Part shown: positions 8,424 to 16,527 of the stretch, one piece after another
Numbering within the stretch: position 1 is the first letter of the stretch
Layout: each line of letters begins with the position of its first letter
DNA from: an uncultured Pseudomonadales bacterium
GTDB lineage: Bacteria > Patescibacteriota > Microgenomatia > UBA1400 > PJMF01
Assembly: GCA_964447075.1 (NCBI GenBank)
Contig: CAYUQY010000005.1
Location: 1 to 54,001, forward strand
DNA: 54,001 nucleotides
Reading direction: 5' to 3'
Made by a program: the position numbers and the translations under genes
Notes under the pieces: model-generated
The model's database searches: none
Told to the model about the DNA's origin: nothing
What the model saw: only the letters and a program-made list of their open reading frames with translations

Positions 8424-8499
8424 TTCTCGGCTCAACCTTCAACTCTTGATACTTATTCTCGGCTCAACCTTCAACTCTTGACACTTATTCTCGGCTCAA
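8424..8499 (+). repeat. 32-bp tandem repeat, about 2.4 copies
   Basis: TTCTCGGCTCAACCTTCAACTCTTGAYACTTA starts at 8424 and 8456, with a partial copy at 8488; no spacers. Confidence 0.9.
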
Positions 8500-8525
8500 A
8501 TCTATCTTTCATCTCAAACCTACTG

Positions 8526-8597
8526 TGCACCCATCAGGAATCGAACCTGAATCCAAGGTTCCGCAAACCTTTATTCTATCCGTTGAACTATGAGTGC
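8526..8597 (-). tRNA. tRNA-Arg(GCG)
   Basis: Acceptor GCACTCA/TGGGTGC, anticodon arm AAGGT-TT GCG GA-ACCTT, T-loop TTCGATT. Confidence 0.94.
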
Positions 8598-8634
8598 ATT
8601 TTGCGGCTAATGAGATTTTAACATGAGAAGGAGG

Positions 8635-9198
8635 TTATTTGTCCAAATCGATCGGTATTTTAGTCGACAACCAGCTGGCAGCTTTTTCAAAAGATGAGGC
8701 CGGCGGTCTCTCCTGAAGTAGAACTTCAGCTAGAATTAGATCTAGCTGTTCCTGTGTTTTTTCCCCAAGAAGTAGAGTCACCCTATGAGGAAATCTACCC
8801 AGCTCAAACTGGGCCACCACTGCCCCACTACGTAGCTCGTACCAATATCTGCCCAGCTCTCCCCAGAGATAGAGCTGATCATCACTTCTTATCCCATAGG
8901 ACGTCAGCTGATGGTGTACAACATTGGGAGGAATGGCTGAGAACACATAAGCGACAAAACCTATCGAGATTACTACCGCTACGGACAGAAACTGCTGCAA
9001 GACAATCAAAATGAGCGAAATTAGAAAGACTATCAAAAAAACAGTAGTGTAGTACTGCCTGCCTCGACTTTTAAAAGACCTTGAGTGTGCCTCCCACTCA
9101 AGTAAGAGCTGTTCTGGTTCCGGCTTACTGAAGTTCGCAGCAAAGCCTGGATAGACGCTGGATGGCTGGGCTTGGTGGAGATTGTCAGACATGTGCAA
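8635..9198 (-). CDS. Conserved two-TM hypothetical protein (CPR-type, DUF5673-like)
   Basis: WEAHSRSFKSRGRQYY followed by a TM hairpin and a PH-like beta tail; family name recalled, not verified. The start may be the ATG at 9192. Confidence 0.7.
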   Translation of the reverse strand: MHMSDNLHQAQPSSVYPGFAANFSKPEPEQLLLEWEAHSRSFKSRGRQYYTTVFLIVFLISLILIVLQQFLSVAVVISIGFVAYVFSAIPPNVVHHQLTSYGIRSDDQLYLWGELGRYWYELRSGAVVAQFELGRFPHRVTLLLGEKTQEQLDLILAEVLLQERPPASSFEKAASWLSTKIPIDLDK

Positions 9199-9272
9199 GC
9201 TTCAGTGTACTAGGAAACTAAGAAGAAATAAACTTGCTTTAAAGGCTCTAAGGCTAGAATGGAAGAGGGGAA

Positions 9273-10268
9273 CTAAGCAGAGACGACGTGGGTAGAAGCG
9301 TCAGTCTTGGATCTTTTCTTACGTAGTCTGCGGACTACCATGATGGATATGAGCATGATCAGGATAAAAATAACGAGATGGTACGGGAAGACTATGACAT
9401 CGACAGCAGCCTGAAGAGAGTGATTCTTTTTCTCACCATAGACTAGACCAGAGCGTACCTTGTACCAACCCAGTCGAAAGTTCTGCCACTCGTAGACGAC
9501 TTGACTCCAGAAGTTCTGGAGCATGTTGCCTGTCAAAACTGGGCCAGGACCTTCCTCCCAGGTGCTCTCGAATTTACGAATAGTCTTAGGAAAGACTACG
9601 AGTTTACTTGAGTTAATAGAAATAGACTTGACCGCAGTATCGAAGACAAATGGCTCGACGTATCCGACTGGAGTGCTGTGAACTGTACCTACATTTTTGA
9701 CACGTGTAATGAAGTTGATCGGTAAGTAAGGATAGAACCAACCATGGTCAGCGGTGTCAAAAGACTCGATAACTAATTCTTCTACTATCTCGCCTCGCAC
9801 TGTCAGTAAGATTTGGCCAACTACTCTTGGTGTTAAACCCGCCCCAGTGGTTGTAATTTGATCAACTTGTTTTTCACCAGTCACCACAATCACTGCGTAG
9901 TGACCACCTGGAGGCGCATCTATAGGAACTGAGATGTGATAGGGAATCTTGGTGATTTGAGCAGGGAGAATTTCTTGAGCAAGATCGGCGTCCAGAGTAA
10001 TCCAGTGACCTAGGGTGTTTGTCCCTTCTTCAGGAAGGTAAAACTCACGATCATTCTCCTCTCCCACTTTACGGAATTCTTCTAGACTCAAAATGATTTT
10101 TTCTGATTTGCTAACTTCACCTATTATTAGAAGCTCTCCACTAATAACCTCTCCTGGAGAGGCCACGTACTCTATGGCAGGAGGAGAGAGCTGGACAGCA
10201 GAAACAAACCCTGGAAAAAAAAGAGTCACTAGGCAGAGACAGAATATTCCAAATATACCTCTGCGCAT
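9273..10268 (-). CDS. DUF916/DUF3324-like (WxL-interacting-protein-like) surface protein
   Basis: Signal peptide, LSPP start, VPIDAPPGGHYAVI, VKNVGTVHSTPVG, C-terminal TM plus basic tail. Confidence 0.7.
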   Translation of the reverse strand: MRRGIFGIFCLCLVTLFFPGFVSAVQLSPPAIEYVASPGEVISGELLIIGEVSKSEKIILSLEEFRKVGEENDREFYLPEEGTNTLGHWITLDADLAQEILPAQITKIPYHISVPIDAPPGGHYAVIVVTGEKQVDQITTTGAGLTPRVVGQILLTVRGEIVEELVIESFDTADHGWFYPYLPINFITRVKNVGTVHSTPVGYVEPFVFDTAVKSISINSSKLVVFPKTIRKFESTWEEGPGPVLTGNMLQNFWSQVVYEWQNFRLGWYKVRSGLVYGEKKNHSLQAAVDVIVFPYHLVIFILIMLISIMVVRRLRKKRSKTDASTHVVSA

Positions 10269-10274
10269 AAATAT

Positions 10275-11309
10275 CTAGTTTGAGAACATAGTATATGTAA
10301 TAATTTGAGCATAACTGGTGGCAGCGGTAGCTGTACTAATAGCTGCACTGTGTCTAACCTCAATTCTCTCACCAGTGCCAGCGGCAACTGGAGCTGTAGA
10401 GGTAGAAACTGAAGTAGCTGAGGTTGGAATAATATTAAAATTAGAATTATTGTATGGAGCAGTAGTAGTGGATGTTCCTATTTGGGTAGTTTTAAAACCA
10501 TACTCTTCTGTGCCTGCATCAATTGTCTGATTATTACCTGCAATAGCATTAATTGTATCTGAGCCGTTGAGTAAATTTCCGTCACTCATAAATTTTAGAG
10601 TATACCCAGCAGCAGAGTTTGTACCAACTTTAAGATAGTAATCGCAAAATGGAGTTGTACTGGTAAGAATAACTCCAATTGCACACACATTTGTGCCTGT
10701 GGTCAAAGCTGTATCAGAAAAGATTCCAAACTCTATTACTGGATAAACTTCAGCACTAACAGAAACTTGGTTGTCAGTAATTCCGCCACCAGCTCCATCA
10801 GCATCTAAATATCCTAGAGTGGCACCCTGATCAAGTCTTCCTGCTGCAACATCAGTCACAATTCCAACACTATAGTTGCCTGCTGAAGATGGGTTGGTGA
10901 TACCGGTTAGTTGAATTGAGATAGTAGTGCCAGCAGTTACACTTGCATCATTGGTGTCCACGGTTACCACTTGGCCTACAGTTGCGTCCAAAGTAGTACC
11001 AGCAAGTCCTGAGACTGTACCGAGCGCAACCGGCCCAGCTGCTAAATTAACACCTGATGCAAAAATTAATTTTACTTTAGTAATGTTGCCCGTTGTAGCT
11101 GTATTAAACTGCACCGTCCAACTCACCGCCGCAGTAGACTGGACATTGTTGCTCAAAGCCACACTCATGACAGTCAAGTTAAGCGCATAAGCCTGCTTTA
11201 CCACCGACAAGAGTGGCGCCAAGGTAAACATGAAAATGAGCGAGATGATGCCGATCTTCTGTGAAACTTTTCGAGGTGAAGTACGTCTGAAGAGTGAGAA
11301 TAACTGCAT
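10275..11309 (-). CDS. Secreted Thr/Ala/Gly-rich beta protein with WxL-like C-terminus
   Basis: Signal/TM segment, Ig-like repeats, ends ATSYAQIITYTMFSN; 6 bp from the DUF916-like gene. The start (11309 or 11327) is uncertain. Confidence 0.7.
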   Translation of the reverse strand: MQLFSLFRRTSPRKVSQKIGIISLIFMFTLAPLLSVVKQAYALNLTVMSVALSNNVQSTAAVSWTVQFNTATTGNITKVKLIFASGVNLAAGPVALGTVSGLAGTTLDATVGQVVTVDTNDASVTAGTTISIQLTGITNPSSAGNYSVGIVTDVAAGRLDQGATLGYLDADGAGGGITDNQVSVSAEVYPVIEFGIFSDTALTTGTNVCAIGVILTSTTPFCDYYLKVGTNSAAGYTLKFMSDGNLLNGSDTINAIAGNNQTIDAGTEEYGFKTTQIGTSTTTAPYNNSNFNIIPTSATSVSTSTAPVAAGTGERIEVRHSAAISTATAATSYAQIITYTMFSN

Positions 11310-11534
11310 ATGATAGTTAAAATACAAAATAAGATGTCTACAAAGCTCTAAAGCATTGCGACAGGAATTAGCTTACGACATTCAATTATGTCCTGTCAAT
11401 AGATCAATCCGAGAGTGATAAGTGGATCCTCGGTTCGCTCATTCAATACATCTGCCTCGTCACATATATGGGTGGATATAGGTAATTAATGATAGAATTC
11501 TCTCTTGTCGGACTGCAACAGTCCTACCCAAGCT

Positions 11535-11621
11535 GGAGAGTTGGCCGAGCGGTTTATGGCGCTAGTCTTGAAAACTAGTGGGCGCAAGCCCTCGTGGGTT
11601 CGAATCCCTCACTCTCCGCCA
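11535..11621 (+). tRNA. tRNA-Ser(TGA)
   Basis: Acceptor GGAGAGT/ACTCTCC, anticodon arm CTAGT-CT TGA AA-ACTAG, variable arm GGGC-GCAA-GCCC, encoded CCA. Confidence 0.96.
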
Positions 11622-11679
11622 GCTGATTTTTACAGTAAGTCAAACTGCAATTCTCACTGTCCTGCACTATAATTCACTC

Positions 11680-12282
11680 ATGTCCACTCAAACTCAAGTC
11701 CCGCAGCAGGAGCCTTCACAACCAAAAAAGCAGATTTTCAGAGCCCTTGAGGCAAAGTCTCTGCGCAATCGATCATCTCTCACGCGCATTGCAGATTACT
11801 TAACAGGTCTTTGTAGCACTCCAACCTTTTTGTTTCTAAACATTCTTCTGTTTGTCACCTGGATTGTTTTAAATCTACAGATTATTCCTAACTTCGCTGC
11901 GTTTGATCCGTACCCATTTGGGTTACTTACCATGGCTGTTTCTCTAGAAGCCATAGTTCTCTCCATTTTTGTGTTGGTTTCCCAAAACAGAGGAGCTCAA
12001 ACTGCAACTCTCAGAGATGAGTTGAATCTACGGATTAATCTTATCGCTGAACGAGAAATAACGAAAACACTACAACTTCTCGTGAAAATTGGGAAAAATA
12101 TGAACATACATGAAAATGATGTTGAGTTAGAAAATATGATCAAGGATATCGACGCAACTGATTTAGAACAAGTTATATTGCAGCAAATTGAGCGGGCTGG
12201 ACAGCCTCGACATAAATTAGTTAAAGGAGAGTTTTCATCAATCATCTCTTCTTTAATTAAACCACTTGTGAAACTCCGATGA
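11680..12282 (+). CDS. DUF1003-family membrane protein
   Basis: FDPYPFGLLTMAVSLEAIVLSIFVLVSQNR motif; true ATG at 11680 (the listed ORF start lies inside the tRNA). Confidence 0.88.
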   Translation: MSTQTQVPQQEPSQPKKQIFRALEAKSLRNRSSLTRIADYLTGLCSTPTFLFLNILLFVTWIVLNLQIIPNFAAFDPYPFGLLTMAVSLEAIVLSIFVLVSQNRGAQTATLRDELNLRINLIAEREITKTLQLLVKIGKNMNIHENDVELENMIKDIDATDLEQVILQQIERAGQPRHKLVKGEFSSIISSLIKPLVKLR

Positions 12283-12305
12283 GCTCATGAGCCAATCAGA
12301 ACTAT

Positions 12306-13205
12306 ATGAAGTTACTTGTAAACCAGCTCCTTGTCTTGACCATACTGCTGATAGTAAACGCCTCTCCAGCTAAAGCAGTAGAGATTGGCGGTCCACTCTC
12401 AGCACAAGATCGAGCTAGAATCCAAGAAGTGGCCAAACAAAACGCCATCAAGTACGGCGTCAATGGTGCCCCAGGCACAGCTACTACGACTAAGGCCACT
12501 AAAGCTGCCAATCTCCCCAAGTCAGCTCCAACCAAAGCTACTTCTTCTCAAAAAATTTGCAGCATAAGTGAATTTGCACCAAAGTCTGATGGTGGAAAAT
12601 GGGCGCAAAGACTCGGCTACTCCCTAGATCCTTTAACTTCATTCATGATAGATGTAGTCCACCTTCTGACTACTTGTGTGAATCCCGCGACTACACTACT
12701 AAATATTTCTGGCAAGCTAGTGATTCCACAAGATGCCACACAAAAAACAGCACTAAATATCTCTAGCAAGCTAGTGATTCCACAAGATGCCACTAAAGAA
12801 ACTCCTGTTGCCTCATTAAAAAAAATAGAAACGGCTGAGTCCGAGTGGAACAAAGGCTTCGACATCTGGATTAGTACTCAAGATTATCAGAAAGCGGCCG
12901 TCTACTACAAAAAATCGCTGGAGTTAGACCCAAACTACCCACCCGCACTCTCATCCTATGGCTATTTGTTAGGCGCCTTTTACGATCGCCCCGAAGAAGG
13001 GATCACTATGATTAAAAAAGCCATGGAGCTAGACCCAAATTGGGCCTATGCACCCTTTAATTTAGGCCTGGTCTACTCTATCAATGGCGATGATAAGAAT
13101 GGACTTTATTGGCTACAATATACCGTAGATCATTTTCCTAACCACCCAGACATCAGTCACTTCAGAGAGTACTTGAATGGTGTAAAAAATGGACCACCAC
13201 AGTAG
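12306..13205 (+). CDS. Secreted TPR-repeat protein
   Basis: Signal peptide; TPRs KAAVYYKKSLELDPNYPPA and MIKKAMELDPNWAYAPFNLG. Confidence 0.8.
   Translation: MKLLVNQLLVLTILLIVNASPAKAVEIGGPLSAQDRARIQEVAKQNAIKYGVNGAPGTATTTKATKAANLPKSAPTKATSSQKICSISEFAPKSDGGKWAQRLGYSLDPLTSFMIDVVHLLTTCVNPATTLLNISGKLVIPQDATQKTALNISSKLVIPQDATKETPVASLKKIETAESEWNKGFDIWISTQDYQKAAVYYKKSLELDPNYPPALSSYGYLLGAFYDRPEEGITMIKKAMELDPNWAYAPFNLGLVYSINGDDKNGLYWLQYTVDHFPNHPDISHFREYLNGVKNGPPQ
12698..12793 (+). repeat. In-frame 54-bp tandem duplication within the TPR gene
   Basis: LNISGKLVIPQDAT / LNISSKLVIPQDAT; copies start at 12698 and 12752. Confidence 0.9.
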
Positions 13206-13213
13206 ACTTAAAC

Positions 13214-13244
13214 ATGCCCAAACTGCCCCACACCCTTAGTTTTC
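13214..13244 (+). repeat. Direct repeat of the 5' end of the 14186 gene
   Basis: ATGCCCAAACTGCCCCACACCCTTAG(T/C)TTTC at 13214-13244 and 14186-14216 (30/31 identical). Confidence 0.9.
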
Positions 13245-13311
13245 GCAACTCAATCACTTCCTACTAAGTACTGGTATCACAACTCCCTCACACAGTAGTA
13301 AAATATACTTA

Positions 13312-13563
13312 ATGCTCACAGATACCTCTGAAATACAACTTGCTCCTGAATTACTAAAGTATTTTTGGGGAGATGATTTGCAACAGTTATCTTGGAAAAG
13401 AAACTCTACCTACATCACTCAAACTCTTCTCGAAAAAGGCGACACAGATGCGGTGCACTGGCTCTTTTCAAAAGTCGAGCGAAAAAAAGTGCTAAGCTTG
13501 CTACCAGATCTCCGCTTAAGTCCTAAATCAGCTAATTTTTGGCTACTCTACCTTGCAGAATAA
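13312..13563 (+). CDS. Small DUF6922-like protein (putative antitoxin)
   Basis: YFWG...YITQTLLEKGD..AVHWL...LSPKSANFW pattern; directly upstream of an AbiEii-type gene. Confidence 0.75.
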   Translation: MLTDTSEIQLAPELLKYFWGDDLQQLSWKRNSTYITQTLLEKGDTDAVHWLFSKVERKKVLSLLPDLRLSPKSANFWLLYLAE

Positions 13564-13568
13564 ATTTT

Positions 13569-14186
13569 ATGTATCTTGATACGCTCCCTACTCAAACCGC
13601 CAAACTTTTAAAAAGGTTGCCACTTTGCGAATCTATTAAAAACTTTTACTTATCTGGAGGCACAGCTCTAGCTTTGCAGTTGGGTCATCGCGAATCTGAG
13701 GACCTTGATTTTTTCTGTGAAAATAACTTTGATCCTCTCAAAATTCAAATAGAGCTTGAGGCTTTAAGTAAACCAAAAGAAGTGGAAGTTACCAACGGCA
13801 ATTTAAACTGTTTTTTGGACCAGGTAAAACTCCAATTTTTGCATTATCCATACAGACTTTTAGAGCCAATTGTTGAGTTGGATAACATAAAACTATCGTC
13901 AGTTCTTGACATAGCTTGCACAAAAATTATCACAATTTCTATGCGAGGAAGTAAAAAAGACTTCATTGATCTTTCTTTTTTGCTTGAACTGTACGACCTA
14001 CCCTTTTTATTTTCCAAGATAAAAGAAAAATATCATGGAATTGAGTATAATGAACCTCATCTCCTCAAGTCATTAACTTACTTCAGGGACGCTGAGCTAC
14101 AGCCATTGCCAAGAATGCACAAAGAAGTAAGTTGGGAAAAGATAAAAACAACAGTAGTTGAAAAAGTGCGGGAGTTTAAGTTTTGA
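13569..14186 (+). CDS. AbiEii/AbiGii-family nucleotidyltransferase toxin
   Basis: FYLSGGTALALQLGHRESEDLDFF and RGSKKDFIDL motifs; ATG at 13569. Confidence 0.9.
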   Translation: MYLDTLPTQTAKLLKRLPLCESIKNFYLSGGTALALQLGHRESEDLDFFCENNFDPLKIQIELEALSKPKEVEVTNGNLNCFLDQVKLQFLHYPYRLLEPIVELDNIKLSSVLDIACTKIITISMRGSKKDFIDLSFLLELYDLPFLFSKIKEKYHGIEYNEPHLLKSLTYFRDAELQPLPRMHKEVSWEKIKTTVVEKVREFKF

Positions 14187-14944
14187 TGCCCAAACTGCCC
14201 CACACCCTTAGCTTTCTTGCTCTCATCTCCACAGGAGTTTTAAGCTTTTTCGTCTGGCAGTCTCATGCTCAGAATAGCTTCCTCACCAATAAATTAAAGC
14301 TCGTCAGCACCCAGATAGACCAAATTAATATGAGGTTGGATGATATAAATCTCAACTCCCAAACTCCTACTTATGACCTAAATCTAACTCCTACTACTCC
14401 CTATCCATCTGCACCTCCTACAACACTTCTGGATAAAACAAACACTATCACTGCTACGCAGAGCTCTGCCCAAACTGCTGCTCTACAGTCTGAAGTTAGT
14501 TCTCTAAAAAACCAGCTTACTTCACTAGAAAAAAAAGTCGACGCACTTCCTCGCACACAAACTAAAGTCGTAACCAGTGCCAGTGCGACTCGCGAGTATC
14601 TAATCTTCCTCGGCTCAGGATCGACGCTGAACCGTGACTGGACAGTCATCCCTGGAGCTGGAGTTACTTTAGATTTATCAAGTTATAAAAACATCAAATC
14701 TATCAACTTCGAAGCCGGCTTATCCATCGTGAGTGGAGAGTCTTATGCCAGACTATATGATCAGACCACCCGAACGCCCTATGCCATCAGCGAGGTTATG
14801 AATAACACCAGTGGCGGCACCTGGATAACATCTCCAAGCTTTGCCTTACCCTCTGGAAGCCACTACTACACCGTCCAGCTCAAGTCCAGCAATGGTGAAC
14901 CTGCACAATTGATTGGTGCACGGCTCAAAATTAGGGCTGATTAA
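14186..14944 (+). CDS. Membrane-anchored coiled-coil hypothetical protein
   Basis: N-terminal TM, coiled coil, beta-sandwich C-terminus; ATG overlaps the TGA of the toxin gene. Confidence 0.75.
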   Translation: MPKLPHTLSFLALISTGVLSFFVWQSHAQNSFLTNKLKLVSTQIDQINMRLDDINLNSQTPTYDLNLTPTTPYPSAPPTTLLDKTNTITATQSSAQTAALQSEVSSLKNQLTSLEKKVDALPRTQTKVVTSASATREYLIFLGSGSTLNRDWTVIPGAGVTLDLSSYKNIKSINFEAGLSIVSGESYARLYDQTTRTPYAISEVMNNTSGGTWITSPSFALPSGSHYYTVQLKSSNGEPAQLIGARLKIRAD

Positions 14945-15029
14945 CTCTCGAGTAGTGCTGCAACTATGTGATTTTAGATGGTACAATTCAGACCTGGTTA
15001 GACCTGATTTGTTTATCTGCATCAAATCT

Positions 15030-15114
15030 GGAAGTGTCGCCTAGTGGCCTATGGCAGCGGTTTGCTAAATCGCGACTCGTAAGAGTCTCGTGGGTTCGAA
15101 TCCCACCACTTCCG
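15030..15114 (+). tRNA. tRNA-Ser(GCT)
   Basis: Acceptor GGAAGTG/CACTTCC, anticodon arm GCGGT-TT GCT AA-ATCGC, variable arm GACTC-GTAA-GAGTC. Confidence 0.95.
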
Positions 15115-15120
15115 CAAGTA

Positions 15121-15196
15121 ACCCTTCCCCCATAAATTAGACACACTGACTAAGATAATTGATGACAGCAAGGAGGGTAATATATGGGGGAGGGGT
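15121..15196. mobile_element. Collapsed IS3-like/MITE element (inverted ends only)
   Basis: 19-bp inverted repeats ACCCTTCCCCCATAAATTA (15121) and the reverse complement of 15178-15196 (17/19); the left end continues TAGACAC as in IS3-family ends; internal AAGGAGG. Confidence 0.55.
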
Positions 15197-15312
15197 CTGC
15201 CTCAGACTTATCTGACAAACTACGAGGGTTGTACTCGCTCGGCTTAAGCGTATTTATGGCAACTTCTGTTACCATTATTGTAGGCATGTGGCCTCTAAAC
15301 TAAAGAAAACCT

Positions 15313-16158
15313 ATGCACAACGACACCATTGCCAGACTACACAAAAACTTTGAGGGCTCTGTCCGTGTGGAAGACGGCACCGAGTTCTGGTATGCCCGGG
15401 ATTTACAACATTTGTTGGGCTATAGTCGCTGGGAAAATTTCGAGAGCGCCATTGCCAAGGCCAAGACTGCCTCTGAACATGCCAATATGATCGTTTCTGA
15501 TCATTTTCGTGAGGTCACGAAGATGATCGATATTGGTAAAGGTGGCCAACGAGAAGCAACAGACATCATGCTCACCCGCTACGCGTGTTATTTGATCGCG
15601 CAGAATGGTGACCCCAGAAAAGACGAGATTTCTTTTGCCCAGACGTACTTCGCAGTGCAAACCAGGAAGCAAGAAATAGTTGAGCAGAGAATGGGCGAGA
15701 TAGATCGCCTGCATGCACGAGAAAAACTGACCCATACTGAAAAAGAGCTTTCGGGGGTTATTTTTGAGCGAGGTGTCGACAGTCAAGGATTTGGTCGCAT
15801 TCGCAGCAAAGGCGATCAGGCACTGTTTGGCGGCTATTCCACGGGCGATATGAAAGCCAAATTGGGAGTACCAGCAAATCGCCCATTAGCTGATTTCTTG
15901 CCAGCAGTAACCATCAAGGCCAAAGATTTGGCCAGTGAGATTACCAACCACAACCTGAAGATAGATCGTGATCTGAGTGGCGAGCCGCGCATCACACAGG
16001 AACACGTGAAAAATAATCAGCATGTGCGGGAGACATTGGTTAAGAGTGGCATCCAACCAGAGCGTTTGCCGGCCAGTGAAGATGTTAAAAAGGTGGAGCG
16101 GAAGCTACAGTCCGAAACAAGAAAATTGCCAAAGTCAGTTCGAAAGTTGAAAAAGTGA
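15313..16158 (+). CDS. dinD: DNA damage-inducible protein D
   Basis: EFWYARDLQHLLGYSRWENF, DIMLTRYACYLIAQNGDPRK, FAQTYFAVQTRKQE, FGRIRSKGDQALFGG, LADFLP. Confidence 0.93.
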   Translation: MHNDTIARLHKNFEGSVRVEDGTEFWYARDLQHLLGYSRWENFESAIAKAKTASEHANMIVSDHFREVTKMIDIGKGGQREATDIMLTRYACYLIAQNGDPRKDEISFAQTYFAVQTRKQEIVEQRMGEIDRLHAREKLTHTEKELSGVIFERGVDSQGFGRIRSKGDQALFGGYSTGDMKAKLGVPANRPLADFLPAVTIKAKDLASEITNHNLKIDRDLSGEPRITQEHVKNNQHVRETLVKSGIQPERLPASEDVKKVERKLQSETRKLPKSVRKLKK

Positions 16159-16212
16159 ATAGGATGAATTTTCAGAAAGTAAAATTACAAGATCTCATTT
16201 TATTGAGTCAAA

Positions 16213-16290
16213 GGGCAGGTACCCGATAATTTAGACATTTTGTCTTTTCCTAGAGCATAATGAGACTATCTGTCCATCCCAACAAGTATG
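16213..16290 (+). mobile_element. IS3-family left-end remnant
   Basis: GGGCAGGTACCCGATAATTTAGACATTTTGTCTTTTC aligns (about 27/37) with the IS3 right end at 21030 read inward; followed by an ATG that soon loses coding sense. Confidence 0.55.
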
Positions 16291-16314
16291 AAGATCCTCT
16301 AATATCCTAAGCAT

Positions 16315-16518
16315 ATGTTTGACACACTAGATGAGGCATACTCCTACTTACATAAGGATTATCTTGACCAAGATGAATGGCAAGATAATTCTGATCCACT
16401 CCAAGCACTAATAAAGCTTAAAGGGAATCGAGAGTATCAAAGAATAGCAGTGTATGGAGTTGGACCAGGCATTCCTCTGCAGATTGGCACGGCTATGGCA
16501 TTGTCCGAGCTTCTGTAA
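16315..16518 (+). CDS. Short hypothetical protein or gene fragment
   Basis: 67-aa ORF directly upstream of the 16528 ORF; no motif recognised. Confidence 0.35.
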   Translation: MFDTLDEAYSYLHKDYLDQDEWQDNSDPLQALIKLKGNREYQRIAVYGVGPGIPLQIGTAMALSELL

Positions 16519-16527
16519 GATAATTTC

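Noticed and set aside
8424-8499. Possible CRISPR array (32-bp unit)
   Set aside because: Units are contiguous without spacers, and no cas genes are present in the window.
8307-8621. 104-aa ORF
   Set aside because: It spans the tandem repeat and the antisense of tRNA-Arg; no start signals or homology.
11578-11679. Extended N-terminus of the DUF1003 ORF
   Set aside because: It starts inside tRNA-Ser(TGA). The same applies to the ORF start at 20592 inside tRNA-Ser(ACT).
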